Shown here piece after piece: positions 13,791 through 27,890 of a DNA stretch of 64,000 nt. The stretch is taken from contig NC_043007.1 of assembly GCF_006345805.1 (NCBI RefSeq), positions 69,502,001-69,566,000 on the forward strand, read 5' to 3'. The DNA comes from Octopus sinensis. Its lineage: Eukaryota. The stretch's first letter is position 1, and each line of letters opens with the position of its first letter. The notes under the pieces are model-generated. The model ran no database searches and was not told the DNA's origin. It was given only the letters and a program-made list of their open reading frames with translations. The translations under genes and the position numbers were made by a program.

Positions 13791-13982
13791 TAGCGTAAAG
13801 TGTGTCATGATGCATCAAAACAAATTTGAATGGAAGAAACAGAACATTTGCCCAATCCCAGACAGAATAAAAATCATCAGTATCCACATTGTGACTCGTA
13901 ACAAAATCCATACCTGGCCTCAAATTACATTCACACATCAATCACAAATATATGCGGCTGCTATCTCTAAAGTTGTTTTTTG

Positions 13983-14060
<78 letters not shown>

Positions 14061-14088
14061 CGTATATATATACATATATTATATATAC

Positions 14089-14169
<81 letters not shown>

Positions 14170-14254
14170 CGTATATATATATATATATTACTTTATATCC
14201 TCTCTTTCAAACACTCATACGTCAAAATCAGCGGGAGTGATCATCATCATCATC

Positions 14255-14288
<34 letters not shown>

Positions 14289-14309
14289 GTTGTTGTAGTA
14301 GTAGTAGTA

Positions 14310-14389
<80 letters not shown>

Positions 14390-14829
14390 CCCGCCATACT
14401 GTGAAGTCACGGAAATTTGGTGCTCCAGTGTTTGTAATCTTTTCGGCCAGCTAAGGCGCCGTCTTTTCATTGCTATTGTTACCATTACATTTCTGAGAAT
14501 TACTGACTGCGCAGATAGTATTTTCGTGAAGAAACACACCCTGTTTTGCAGGAGTTGCGCTCCAATAATCTTTTAATTTTAACTGCTTTCAACAAAAACA
14601 AATATTTTGCAATTTTTCTGTAATTATTTAAAGATGGCTGATTAAGAAGCAATCATAATGTTCGACAAAGGAGCACGTTCCTTGTCGAGAGAAATTGGGA
14701 ACGAGGAAAGAATTGAGAATAGGAATATCGAATGGCCTAAACTTAATGACGTCACCGAGGCGGAAAATGTTTCGTCTCTGAGGAATGTGAAATTTTCAGT
14801 GTCGACAACGAGAACAACAGCAGCAACAG

Positions 14830-15012
14830 TGGAGGCACAATGGCCCAGTGGTTAGGGCAGCGGACTTGCGGTCGTAAGAACGCGGTTTCGATTCACAGAC
14901 CGGGCATTGTGGGTGTTTATTGAGCAGAAACACCTAAACTCCACGAGGTTCCGGTGGGGGTAGTGGTGAACCCCGCTGTACTCTTTCGCCACAACTTTCT
15001 CTCACCCTTTCT
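14830..15012 (+). mobile_element. SINE family B, 3'-interrupted
   Basis: Matches the 625 copy up to ctttcttc, then diverges. Confidence 0.8.
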
Positions 15013-15356
15013 TCCACTTCTGTCACAAAGCAGAGGAACCACGGTGTAACCCACTATGGTGTGGTAAACTTTTAGACCCTAGTCTAAATTGCGAATCTTC
15101 TGTGCCCGAGGATGGTTCAGCTCTCCACCCGTTAAAAGCCACCGTTTGCGAAATGAGGATAACAACATAGCTTTCGCGCCCGTGCAACCGCCAGTCTATC
15201 GCGTGTGGTGGGTGGATCTTCAAGTTGCCACACGCATTCTTAGTAGCTTAGAGTAGGCTCGAATTAGAGATTATTCTTTGTGGCTAATGTCGTGAGTCCT
15301 GATTGGAAGAAGAAGACAACAGCAACAGCAGCAGTGACAGCAGTGACAGCAGCAAC

Positions 15357-15387
<31 letters not shown>

Positions 15388-17040
15388 GTAACAAGAACAA
15401 TACGAAAGAAGTGAAACATAAAAACACAAATATCGCCTCTGCGTCTTTTGCGTCTGCGGCGGGAAATATGGAAAGTTTACACGTAGATGAAAAAGAATTG
15501 AAACTGGCAAGAAAAATTGTAAAAAAGAGATGCCTCTGGAGCGTGTGGGAACAGAAGATCCACATCACCCGAGTATAGAAGTTTGGAACCATTGTGGCGA
15601 GATTTGGGACGATGAAGAAGCTAGATGTAATTCCACCACCACTTTGAGGAATGATAACTTTTTCTTAATCCCCAGCTATCACGACCAACGCCTTGCTAAG
15701 ATTAAGGTACTGAATGTGCCGCCAGAAATATCCATTACCTGGTTAGTGACGGCCGTCTGGCAGGCTTAGAAGAAGATGAAGTCACAATATTAGAGGTCAA
15801 GAAACTACCTAAGCAACTACCTTAGAAAATATCTAAGCAAAACTGGTCAGGTATAAGTATGGAACTGACCTTGCAATGCAAGCAGGACTATATCGACCAG
15901 CTGCCCGATCTAATCGATCTCCCGGATGGTACTCACCTGCTAGTGTTCATGGCGGTTAGAAAGCCAAGATGTCACAAATGTGGATCTGTAAATCACTTAA
16001 AGGCTTTCTGCCTTGAAAAAGGAAAAATAAAATTCCACTGCTGCCAACATTACAAATACAAATGCAAAATCATAAACAAGTGCTCGAGACTCCTACACCT
16101 ACCCACCACACCTACGCTCACATCCGCTGTCAAACCAAGACAAAGAAGGAATCAAGGAGTCTACTCCCGGTTGCCACGGAAAAGCAAGTTTCTCCTGAAT
16201 GCTTTTCCTCCCAGGCCAACATCAACTGAAATGACATGGAGAAAGAAGAGCCGAACGATAAATGGAGAATGAAGAGCCGAACAGTGACAAAAGGGGGTAG
16301 ACGAAAGAGGAGGAGAGTACATAGCCCTGCTCCAAGAAATCAACAAAATCTTATTCTGAAACCACAACTGCAACATAATTCACAACCACTCCAACAAAAA
16401 ACATCAAGAACAAGATCAACAAATTCAAAAACAGTAATATCATCAACAACAGCATGAAATCATAGAAACACAGAAACAACCAATTACAGAAATTCAAAAA
16501 TAATTCATCAGGCTGTAGATGAAATGTCTCCATCAATTGTACTGTTGTGAACAAGTGTAACAGTGAATTGATGGATTGTGTAAGCCAAAACAAAAACAAA
16601 ATAGACAGAAGGAAAGGAACTTCATGATTTCATCCTCAAAATCCGCAAGGACAGACTTGTAATTAAAACGTCTTCAGACGTTTATAAAACTGTAGCAGAA
16701 AAATTCCCAAGTAGTGTGGGGATCTTTTAAAAATCTGTTGATAAAAGGCTGGTGGAAGGACCTTTTAAAAACTTTTCGGCGGTAGAGAGACCCGAAAATA
16801 CCGGGCTTCTCGAAAATAAAGCTGCCAACATCCTTTGCGTGGCGGCTTAGGTATACCATGGCTTTTGATGTGCAGACATGCATTCGGGTTGCGCCACCTG
16901 CAGCGATTTTTACAAGGTGAACGTGCGTGGGCTCCGTTTGAGATACGCCTTTCCGCAACTCGTCTCCTTGACGGAGCTGCAGTCCTTGGTAAAGGATAGG
17001 CCGACACTTAGAATGTCGTCAAGCGGTCACTGTCCTGTAC
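15013..17040 (+). mobile_element. Tx1/L1-clade LINE remnant (ORF1 with CCHC knuckle plus post-RT ORF2 fragment)
   Basis: RLAKIKVLNVPPEISITWL; KPRCHKCGSVNHLKAFC (CX2CX4HX4C); QHPLRGGLGIPWLLMCRHAFGLRHLQRFL at about 16826-16915. No EN or RT core in between. Confidence 0.65.
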
Positions 17041-17091
17041 AAGTCGGACAATAGGATATACATAACAAGTCAAATAAGGACATCACGTATA

Positions 17092-18721
17092 CAGTTGCGG
17101 CCAAAATGTTCAGAACGGCATTGTTTTTGTCAGAAAAGTAGGTATAAGTTTTTATCAAAGTTGTTTTATATTCTATAATTTTCACAGACAATAAATACGA
17201 TATTATTTGTTATTGTCTGGGATTTTGGTGTAATTTGAGAGGATAATACAAACGTTATGGATGATTTAGTGATTTACTGCAAAACCCATGGCGGCCAAAA
17301 TGATCAGAACGGTGGCTTTTATTCCATGTTTTAGTATATTTAACCGTCGAACACTAATGTTTTGAATTTGTTTACGTGACGGTTCGTTTACTAAACATTA
17401 GTAAGAACATCTGCTGTGTACTTTGTTAATATAATGCCACTTACTCCGTTACCAATTCGTCAGCAGATTATTAAGCTTCGAAAGAAGGATAATTTAAGTA
17501 TTAGGTCTATTGCAAAGATTGTTAACAAGTCAAAAAGTGTTGTACACGGTATTCTTAAGGTCTACGATGATTGTGGTTCGTGTGAAGCAAGAAAGTCTTC
17601 AGGTAGGCCAAGATAAACGACCAAGAGAGAAGATCGTGCTATGGTAAAGTTGGTTAAAAAGGACAGATTTAAAACTGCTGCTGCTGTTTTTCGGGAAATG
17701 AGCATTGTACTGAAGAAAACTTTATCTCGTAAAACTGTGTCTCGTCCTTTAGTTGAACATGATCTATAAGCAAGAGCACCTGCAGTGAAGCCACTGATCA
17801 GCTCCAAGAATAAAAAGTGTCGTCTTACCTTTGCAACCGAACATGTGTTGTGGTCTCAAGAAAAATGGCAAACGGTGCATTTCAGTGATGAATCTAAGTC
17901 TATGTTATTTAGCTTAGATGGGAAAAGGTGCGTTTGTCGAAAAGCAGGTGAAAAATTGTTGCCTAAATGCCTTAAGACTAGTGTTAAATTCGGTGGAGGA
18001 AGTGTCATGGTTTGGGGGATGATATCTGGAGATGTTGTGGGCCCTTTGCTGCGATTACATGGAAAGGTAAATGCAGGAGTTTATAAACAACTTGTAAAAG
18101 ATCATGTCTTGCCTTTGCTGAGAAATTCAACTAAGCGACCACCCATTTTCATGCAGGACAATGCCCCATGTCACAAGGCTAAGGTGGTCATGAACTTCCT
18201 CAAGGCTGAAAAGGTTATTGTTATGGATTGGCCTGCTCAAAGCCCAGACCTCAATCCTATTGAAAATGTGTGGAATATTCTAGGCGAACGTTTGAAAGCC
18301 AGAAATCCTAAAACAACCGAGCAATTATGGAATGCCCTTCAGGAAGAATGGAATAAGATCACCCAGCAAGAAATTGAAAATTTAATTTCCCCATGCAGTC
18401 GAAAATGTCAAACTTTGATTGAAGCTAAAGGGCTTCACACTAAATATGAAATAATTCCAGAATTCTCTGTCACTTTTTGATTATTTTGTTATTTTTTCAA
18501 CCGTTCTGATCATTTTGGCCACCATGGGTTTTGCAGTAAATCACTATATCATCCATAACTTTTGTATTATCCACTCAAATTACACCAAAATCTCAGACAA
18601 TACCAATTAATATCGTATTTATTGTGTATGAAAATTTTAGAATAGAAAACAACTTTAATAAAAACTTATACCTACTTTTCTGACAAAAACAATGCCGTTC
18701 TGAACATTTTGGCCGCAACTG
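17092..18721 (+). mobile_element. Tc1-family (DD34E) IR/DR transposon, full length, 1630 bp
   Basis: 221-bp TIRs (17092-17312 and 18501-18721), each with outer and inner direct repeat gcggccaaaatg(t/a)tcagaacgg. TA on both flanks. Confidence 0.97.
17434..18480 (+). pseudogene. Tc1 transposase with two in-frame stops and no frameshift
   Basis: ATG at 17434, HTH region, GRPR, FSDES, QDNAP, SPDLNPIE (34 residues D to E). TAA at 17614 and about 17767, in the same frame. Confidence 0.95.
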
Positions 18722-18974
18722 TATATGAATTACACACATGAACAGTAATGATATCTACCCACTCGCATTCTAATGCATCATACTCATACACATATCCTCG
18801 AGTGTAAGTTTATGCACACGCACGCATTCGTGCATGCATCAGTAAATTCGGGTAACCGTAATCACCAAGGGCTGTCTTCACTTAAACAAAGTAGCCTTGT
18901 CACTTTTTGTTTGTTATCGGCTTTTGTTCTGGAAAGGAAAAGATATTTAGAATAGATCCCAAAGGAATATACTT

Positions 18975-19384
18975 AACATGCGTACATACATACATGCATG
19001 CATACATACATAGTGCATACATACATACATGCAGACATCCATGTATACATACACATATAGATGTATGCATACAAACATAGATACACGCATACGTTCATTC
19101 ATACGTGCATATATGTATCCATACATGTATATATATATATACATACATGCGTACGTGCTTACATAGATACATGCATACATACATTCATACATGCATACAT
19201 ACATGTTTACATACATGCATGTATGTATACCTACATACATAGATACATGCATACACACATACATGCATGCATATATACATACATACATACATACATGCAT
19301 GCATACATACATACATACATACATACATACATACATACATACATACATGCATACACACACACATACATACATACATACATACAT

Positions 19385-19415
<31 letters not shown>

Positions 19416-19562
19416 TACATACATACATACATACATACATACATACATACATACATGCATACATACACACATACTACATACATACATACATACATACATA
19501 CATACATACATACATACATACATACATACATACATACATGCATACATACATACATACACACA
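18975..19562. repeat. Long imperfect (TACA)n microsatellite
   Basis: Directly visible. Confidence 0.95.
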
Positions 19563-20042
19563 TGTTGCTAAAAATGAAAACGTTGACTTCGTCGAAAATT
19601 ATGCTCCCACTACTTACCTGTTCTACTTACAAATTTTACACATACCTCCAATTCCTCAAAGCTCGTTGTGAATAAAACAACATAATAACTGTCGAGTAAT
19701 AGGCGTATAGAGGAAGTGTGGGGAATATGCAGTAGTATAGCCCACTGCTGCATGATGTTTTTGCTTAAACAATACGAAATGCATAGTCAGAACTGGTCGC
19801 AGGAAATAGTAAATGGAATCTGAATTGGATAAGTGTTCATAATTGGTTGGCACTTGACAAGACAATAATATGTAAGTCAATGGCGTGTATATTTCCCCCT
19901 ATCTCTAATAGAGAATGTTACAAATATTTCGGAATTTGTACAATATTGCATAGGTTGAACAAATGAATACTTAAGTAGACTTCAGAATGTACGATATGTT
20001 GGTTTTCCAATTCAATAATGATCATATCCAATAATGTTCTTA

Positions 20043-21200
20043 CGGGGGTGTTCATTAAAGATTTTCCCTGACCCATTTCTCAAAGACTGAGGTAAACGAA
20101 AGTTGACATAATTATTAATCCTTTTCTACATAGCCACCGCCAATGATGACACACTTCTCCCATCGCTTTATGCAGCTCTGAAGACCTCGTCTGTTAGAAG
20201 TCGGTAGGTTGCGTCCGGGGCCAAAACTTTATCTTGGAAATAAGTTCATCATCATTTCAAAAGTGCTTCCTTTTCAAAAAAGAATTCATAGTCGGAAAGA
20301 GATGGAAGTGAGGTGGTACAAGGCTGAGAAAGTAAGGGCTATGAGAAAGGATTTCATATCCGCAAGAGTGTACTTTCATCTGGGCAACATGTGCATTGTG
20401 AACTGAGGCGTTGTCTTGGAGCAGACGGACTCCTTCGGTCAGCATGCCACGCCTCTCTGCTTTGATGGCGTCCTGCAATTTCTGCAGCAGAGAAGCATAA
20501 TATGACCCGTTAATTGTGGCACCCTTTGCCAGAAAATCCATCATCACTATTCTAAAAGACTATGAGCATCACCTTGCCTGCTGAGGGTTGGATAGAGTAT
20601 TCTTTGGAGGTGGTGAGTTATCATGCTTCCATTACTTCGACTGGACTTTAGTCTCAGCGTCATAATGATGGACCCATGTTTCATCCTGTGTGTTAAGTCT
20701 GCCGAAAAAGTCTTCCCCGTTTTCTTGGCACATTGCCAAAAGAGCCTGAGAGCAATTGACTCGTTCCTGCTTCTGAGAAGGTATGAGTATCCAGGGAATC
20801 CATCGTTCAGACAACTTCCGCATGTGCAAATGTTCGGGAATGATTTTTTCCACGGACCCTACACTTACCTTCACTTCTTGTGCTAGTGAATATTCATGCG
20901 GCGATCCTCTAAAATGGCGGCTTCCACTTTATAGATGGGGTCATCATCAATGGTGGAATGAGGTCATGCATGAACAGGAGCAGTTTCCACCGATGTCCGA
21001 CCACATTTGAATTTCGTATGCTGGTGCATCGTCATCATAAACTTCTTTCATCTCATCGAAAGTCTCTTTTGATCTACGAACTTTCCTGTATAAGAACCTG
21101 ATCATTAATTTGCATTCAACTGCCTCCATTATAAGACCTTAGTCCACTTCAGTAGCCGTAAAAGACAAACGAACGCTTGTGGAAGTTTGCAATTTACAAT
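20043..21200 (-). mobile_element. Decayed mariner (DD34D-type) element
   Basis: Fragments MEAVECKLMIRFL, RKLSERWIP, TQDETWVHHYD and LLQDNASVH...SPYFLSLVPPH (third D replaced by H). A TIR-like end is visible only at about 20043. Confidence 0.85.
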
Positions 21201-21254
21201 GTGATATGTAGAGACATGTATGATTTTACGTGTACAAATTCCGCTCCTTGCAAT

Positions 21255-21318
<64 letters not shown>

Positions 21319-21324
21319 GTAATG

Positions 21325-21510
21325 CGGCGAGCTGGTAGAATCGTTAGTACGTCGGGCAAAATGCTTAGCGGCACTTCGTCCGTCTTTATGTTCTGAGTTC
21401 AAATTCCGCCGAAGTCGACTTTGCCTTTTATCCTTTCTGGGTTGATAAAATAAGTACCAGTTGAGCAATGAGGTCGATGTCATCGACTTATCCCCTCGTT
21501 AGGAATTGCT
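21325..21510 (+). mobile_element. SINE family A after (TAA)n
   Basis: gcggcgagctggtagaatcgttag...gttcaaattccgccgaagtcgac. Confidence 0.85.
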
Positions 21511-21544
21511 GGCCTTGTGTCAAAATTTCAAATCAGTATTAAGT

Positions 21545-21720
21545 GATATTTTTGCTAACCAGAATGATGTAGGCAGAGGCATAAGTTTAGTTCATACAGC
21601 TTTTGAGTGTCGCATCATGTCACTCAGACTTCTACTGTACATTAAAGGGAGAACTGTCTACATTATATGTGAATTTAACTGTAAAAGAATTAACATCTTG
21701 AAACTAGATGAAGAACTCTT
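21545..21720 (+). mobile_element. Small R4/Dong-like remnant
   Basis: NDVGRGISLVHTAFECRIMSLRLLL resembles NEGGRGLRSVQTAFEYRMVLLRQHLL at about 56000. Confidence 0.55.
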
Positions 21721-22213
21721 AAAACAGGTATTGTGGTTGCACAGTTACTCGATGTATCCCAGGAAGAGCTGCTCTAATCTACTTGGAAGAGAAACATTCA
21801 CCATATCACCATAAAGCATGACATTGATACCAAGACTAGGAGAGATTGTCTTGACTGTGATACGCCATAACGAGAATATATCCTTTAAAAATAAAGAGGA
21901 CTGCATAGAAATAAGAAAGTAATCTGGTGCAAACCCAACAAGCCTGGGGTAAGGAATAAAGGTCATACTATTGACTCACATCCTCCAAATCGAAATGAAT
22001 ATTTACACTGTAAAGATCCGTAAAACATTTCAATATTTCTCCATTTGAGTTTCTTAGAATAAATATATACACACAACCAGTATGTTTATATGTTCTTTCC
22101 AAGAAACTCGAACAATTATTCTACAGACACAGCTGTGCATATGACGCACATGCACAAACATACAGATTAACCACACACGTACAATCGTGTACTTACGAGA
22201 CAAGTATATGCAC

Positions 22214-22254
<41 letters not shown>

Positions 22255-23384
22255 GGATAACACTGGTGGCGTGGAGAGGGGAGGCTGGTATGCATGGGCG
22301 ACTGCTGGCCTTCCATAAAAAAAAAAAAACAACCTTGCCCAGACTTGTGTCTAGGAGGGTAACTTTCTAGGTGCAATCCCATGGTCATTCATGACCGAAG
22401 GGGGTCTTTATATATATATATATATATATATGCATACATGCATCAACACATATGCACACATACGCCAACACATATGTGCGTGCACGTACAGCAAAATATA
22501 TGCATACATTAACTCACTTTTATATTCATAATCTACCGGAACTTTTTGACTCAAATAAAATAATCAAAGGCTTTATCAGTTTGTAACTGACCGGCCTGAA
22601 CTCCACGAATAACTTAAATATAACTCAAGGATAACATGTACTTACAAGCATACATACACACATATGTACACTGTGATATATAATACATAAATATATTTAT
22701 CTCAAGCACTGTGAAGGAATGTGGCCTAGTGATTAGAGTGTTCGGCTCACAATAATGATATTATGGATTCAGTTCCTGGACCGGTTAGTGCGCTGTGTCC
22801 TTCAGCAAGTCACTTTATTTCATATTGCTCCTGTGTCCTGCTCAAGAGCTCAGCTAAAAATGAGTACCAACCTAAATCTGGTTCAACTCTTTTTTTCTTT
22901 CTTTTTTGCTCACACACTCCCTCCATGTGACACAACCTGGTGTATCGCAGGGTCATAGGGAGAGAGAGAGAGTTTATATCTTCTGGCGATTACATCGGCT
23001 CCTAAAACATTTAGTGAAAGTATGATACATGTTACGAAGTTATACGAGTTCGCGGAAGATGGCTAGCACTTATCGCATGCACCACTGCGTTAAATAAAGT
23101 TACTTGACTAGAATCCATCACGTGTATCCACCAACGAGTAACCAGTAAAACTGGTTTCAGTAAATAAAATAATGGATGTTTCGTGCCTCTCGTAGAGTCT
23201 GTACAATATCTGCAGAGTCTGTACAACAGCTGCAGTTCAAACTTTTCATCCATCTTCCATATTTTCCTGTTAATAAAGCTCTTTGTTCGACTTCTACGAA
23301 AGCCAACTATAAATAATTAAAGCGTAAAAAGTAATTAACAAACCTAATTTCCGGGTTGTTTTTTGTTAATGTTATTTAACTTCA

Positions 23385-24270
23385 GCTTTTGAGTTCAAAT
23401 TCCGCCGTGGTTGACTTCGCTTTTCATCCTTTTGAAGTCGATAAAATAAGTGGTTGAGTGTACTGGAGTCGATGTAATCGACTTGCGCCCTCCCCTAAAA
23501 ATTTATCCGGCTAGAGAATTGGTAAAGTTTGTAGAATGTTGCACATTAATACTGCTTCGCAGTATTAATTTGACTCTCCACCCTCGGAATTCAAACCTCG
23601 CCGGGGCCAGCTTAGTTTTAAAAATAAAGCAAGCTGACGGAATCTTTAGCATGCCGGACAAAAGTCTTAGCGGTATTATATAGTCTTTACGTTCTGAATT
23701 CAAATTCCACCGAGATCGATTTTTGCCTTTCATCCTTTCGAGGCCGATGAAATAAGTACCAGCTGAGTACTGTGGTTGATGTAATCACCTATCCACCTCC
23801 TGCAAAAATTGCCGGCCTTGCGCCTATAGCTGTGAGGATTATCTCACTCCAGAAAGGCGACGTCCTAGCAAAACTGTCACTGCGCCAGGTAAAATGTTTG
23901 GCGGCATTTCTTCCAGCTCTTTACATTCTAAGTTCAAATGTGCCGAAGCCGACTTTGCTTTTCATCCTTCCGAGGTCGATAGAATAAGTACCAGTTGGGC
24001 ACTTGGCTCGATGTAATCAACTAACACCGCCCTGCAAAAATTCAGGCCTTGCACTCATAGTAGATGATTATTTAGCTTCAGGTTAAATAAGACCGTGGAT
24101 TGGTAAATTAGAGCGTCATAAAAAGATGCTTTGCAGTAATTGTTTTGGCTCTTTACATTTTGTGTTTCAATTCCGCCGTGGTCTACTTTGCTTTCATTCC
24201 ACAGGACTCGATCAGAAATAAAAGTATAAGTGATGTAGTAAGGGATAACACCCCTACTCTCAAAATTGTT
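23385..24270 (+). mobile_element. Four degenerate head-to-tail SINE family A copies
   Basis: ttcaaatt/tgtgccg...gactttg..tttcatcc recurs at about 23395, 23700, 23935 and 24170. Confidence 0.75.
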
Positions 24271-24782
24271 GGATCAGGAACCATTATTTAACCCATATGT
24301 CAGTCCCGATAGAGTAGGAACATAATTAATGCCAATTTCTCTGTGATTATTTCCTCGAATTTTTATGACGTTCAGTGTTTCCTTGTTCTGTTGTTGGGAC
24401 CAATAGCATTAAGCCGTTCTCTTCTCAACAACGAGGTTCCTGGGTTCCATTCCTCTGTATGGAGAAATGCGTTACCATTACCTAAACTGTGTAAGTGAAA
24501 TTGGGGCAGATGGGAACTGCATGAACGCCCATTTGATAGATATTACCTGTAGTTCAAAAGATGGAGTCTAGTCATAATCAGTATCATGTTGATCCTACCT
24601 GAGAATTACATTAAAGGTATACGTGTCTGTGGAATACTCAGCCGCTAAGACTCTAATTCAATGATCAGGTCGATTAGTTGATCGAACCATTGAGTGTTCA
24701 TAGCCGAAAACGACTGAGATCCATTTACTGTTGTTGCTATTGTAGTTGTTGTTACTGCTACTGCTGCTGCTGCTGTTGTTGA

Positions 24783-24814
<32 letters not shown>

Positions 24815-24909
24815 TTGTTTAGCTTTACTCCCTTTCTCCCTCCCTCAAGTCGAGTTAGATGGAGTAGATTACCGATCGAAGTGGTTTCAACCGTGACATT
24901 TACATCGAT

Positions 24910-25805
24910 TTATCTAAGACTACATTATCAAACATAGCTTATGTAAGACTACATTATCAAATATGTCCTTCACGATTTTTAAGTGGTATCGTACAATTTA
25001 AGAGAAATTTGGCTTGTTATTTCTTGGAAATTAAGAGACTTGTTTCTGATTGAACGGGTTTTGTTTTTCAGACATAATACATTTAAGAATACATTACCAA
25101 ACGTGTCCTTACTGTGTCCTAATCGATTTTAAGGCGACAGGTTGAAGAGATACTGAGCTGCTATATGTTGGAAATCGAGTGACCTTGTCTTTAGTTCAGG
25201 CATATTTTTCTGATAAAATATATATCTAGGATACATTACCAAATGTGTCTTTATCAATTTTAATGTGCTAGCGTATTATATATCTAGAACTACATTAGCA
25301 AATGTGTCCCTTCTCGATTTTAAAATGGAAGCGTACGATCGAAGAAAAATATGGCCAATATTTTTTAGAAACCGAGCGACTTTGTCACTAAGTCTGGCAT
25401 AGTATATTTAGGATTACATTATTAAATGTGTCCTTCTAGATTTTAAAACCGAAGCTTACGATTGAAGAGACAATTGGCTGATATTTCTTGGAAATCGAGT
25501 GACTTTGTCTCTAGTTCAAATATGTCTTGATTTCAAGGCAATGGCATACGATTTAAGAGGAATTGAGCTGTTATTTATTGGAAATCGACCGATCAACTCG
25601 ATTTTTTTCATGCATACGAAACCTAGGGCTACATTATTAAATGTGTCCTTCTTGATTTTAATCTTGGAAATTAAGGGACCTTGTCTCTAGTTCAGCCATT
25701 TTTAGACACTATATCTTGGACTCTATTATAAAATATGCTCTCCATTTTAAGCGTTAGTGAACGATTTAAAAGATATTTGGCTGTTACTTCTTTGGAATCG
25801 CATTC
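24910..25805. repeat. Degenerate tandem repeat (about 80-200 bp units)
   Basis: Recurrent tacatta.caaatgtgtcc...gatttta...ttggaaatcgag.gac.ttgtc blocks. Confidence 0.75.
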
Positions 25806-25902
25806 TGTCATTTGTTATATTTCTTCTGCAAATTCTTATTCACATACTTTTGTCTCAGGTGAAATTCTACGAAGGTATATTTCTTTTGTTTGTATACACA
25901 CA

Positions 25903-25933
<31 letters not shown>

Positions 25934-26234
25934 GCGCGCGTATGCACACGCACAGACATACATACAAATACGTGCGCGTGTGTATTTCTATGAGTGCTTG
26001 TGCGTTGCATTCTTTCTCCAACATAAGCAGTTCAAATACATACTACGACATTCTTGTAGTTTGGAATATTCTTCATTCCAGAAGTTCTTCGCAAAAGAAA
26101 GAAAAACAGACCAGATGAAGAGAAAAGAATAGAATAGAAGAGAAGAGAAGAGAAAATAAATATTCTTCGTTTTCGAATTTATTATTTTATTTAAAAAACA
26201 ACTTACTCGTTTCAAATGAGAGAAGCAGCTTGCC

Positions 26235-26265
<31 letters not shown>

Positions 26266-27014
26266 AAGAAGAAGAAGAAGAAGAAGAACAACAACAACAA
26301 CAACAACAACAACAGCAACAACAACAACAACAACAACAACAAGACTATGGTGACGACGACGACGATGATGACGACGACCACGACGACGATGGTGATGTTG
26401 ATAATACTGAGCACGACGACTACGACGACACCGATGACGACGATTTCAACGAAATTTGTTCCAGATGTGTTGGTAACAGAAAAAAAAAACGGTAAGAGTG
26501 GGTTGGTTTGGTTCTATGAACTAAAAGACGAAAAGACGATATGAGATTCAAAAAAAGAAGAAATAAAAAAAAACAGAAAAGAAGCAAGAAGAATGAACAA
26601 TAAAACAAAAAATTGTACCAACTTTTACTGAATGTGATTATTGTTAAATACCATAAATGGACAAAATCCATTTTGCTTGCATTTTTTTTTTCTCTTCTGA
26701 CTTTTTTATTTCTTTATTTTTGTTTGGTAGTCGGGTAGGTGAACGGGTATTTAATAATTTATTATTAAATTTTCCTGTTGATTTTATTGTGTATGTGTGT
26801 GTTTGTGTTTGTGTGTGTGTGTGTATGTGTGTGTGTTTGTGTGTGTGTGTGTATGTGTGTGAGTGTGTGTGTATGTATGTGTGTATGTGTGTGTGAGTGT
26901 GTCTGAGTGTGTGTGTGTGAGTGTGAGTGTGTCTGAGTGTGTGTGTATATGTGTGTGAGTGTGTGTGTATGTATGTGTGTATGTGTGTGTGAGTGTGTGT
27001 GTGTGTGTGTGTGT

Positions 27015-27060
<46 letters not shown>

Positions 27061-27513
27061 TGTGTAATTTTCTTATATATATATATTTTTTTTTCTTTCT
27101 TTTTGGAACATGTTCTAAGAATTTTCACCGCAACAGGATCCTGATAACGGTATTAAATGAGTCAAAATGATGGTACTAAATTGAAACAGTTAAAAATGTC
27201 ATGGTTTACATAGTTATCTTTCGAAAAAAAAAGAAAAAGATGAGATGAGAAAAAAAAGCAATATCAACAAAAAAAAATCACCTAACTCCTACGAACTAAT
27301 TCTGTTTATGAATAGATCTCTGCATCTCGGTAAGAGCGGAAGTATACTATAAATATCTTGTATAAATACACATACATACTCGTACATACACGTGTACACC
27401 AACGTGAGAACATGTGTCGGCGTGCATTTGTGATTGTATGTATGTGTGCATGTGTGTGTAGATACAAACATATATATGCATTTTATTATATATATATATA
27501 TAATATATATATA

Positions 27514-27544
<31 letters not shown>

Positions 27545-27617
27545 GACCGGAGTAAACACATAAATGTGAAACAAGGTGGAAAAAAGAGTACTCAAATACC
27601 AGTGGTAGAGTAATATG

Positions 27618-27775
27618 CTTTATTTTAAGCAGCAGAAAATTCAACAAAATCTGTTACTCTGAGTTTCTCGTTGCCGTTCATCAGACAGTTTTTGCTAGCA
27701 AAAACTGTCTGATGAACGGCAACGAGAAACTCAGAGTAACAGATTTTGTTGAATTTTCTGCTGCTTAAAATAAAG
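27618..27775. repeat. Perfect 158-bp spacerless palindrome (copy 1)
   Basis: Centre tttgct|agcaaa between 27696 and 27697; the arms are exact reverse complements. Confidence 0.95.
27700..27747 (+). ncRNA. Minimal type I hammerhead ribozyme motif (mirror copy on - at 27646-27693)
   Basis: aaaactgt-CTGATGA-acg(gcaa)cga-GAAA-ctc(a)gag-TA/acagatttt. Stem I ctgt/acag, predicted cleavage after 27738, A-A mismatch at the base of stem II. Confidence 0.75.
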
Positions 27776-27782
27776 TATATAT

Positions 27783-27818
<36 letters not shown>

Positions 27819-27890
27819 GACGGAGTAAACACATAAATGTGAAACAAGGTGGAAAAAAGAGTACTCAAATACCAGTGGTAGAGTAATATG

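Noticed and set aside
15303-15578. Poly-S/N ORF as a host gene
   Set aside because: It lies in the microsatellite-containing ORF1 region of the Tx1-like remnant.
18947-19675. Long ORFs such as MCMYVCM... and HTYIHTYI (also 51-55 kb and 61.6-63.7 kb)
   Set aside because: Translations of (TACA)n, (TA)n and (CCAT)n microsatellites with no protein signal.
24910-25805. Possible CRISPR-like repeat-spacer pattern
   Set aside because: Units are diverged and contiguous with no unique spacers, the context is eukaryotic, and there are no cas genes.
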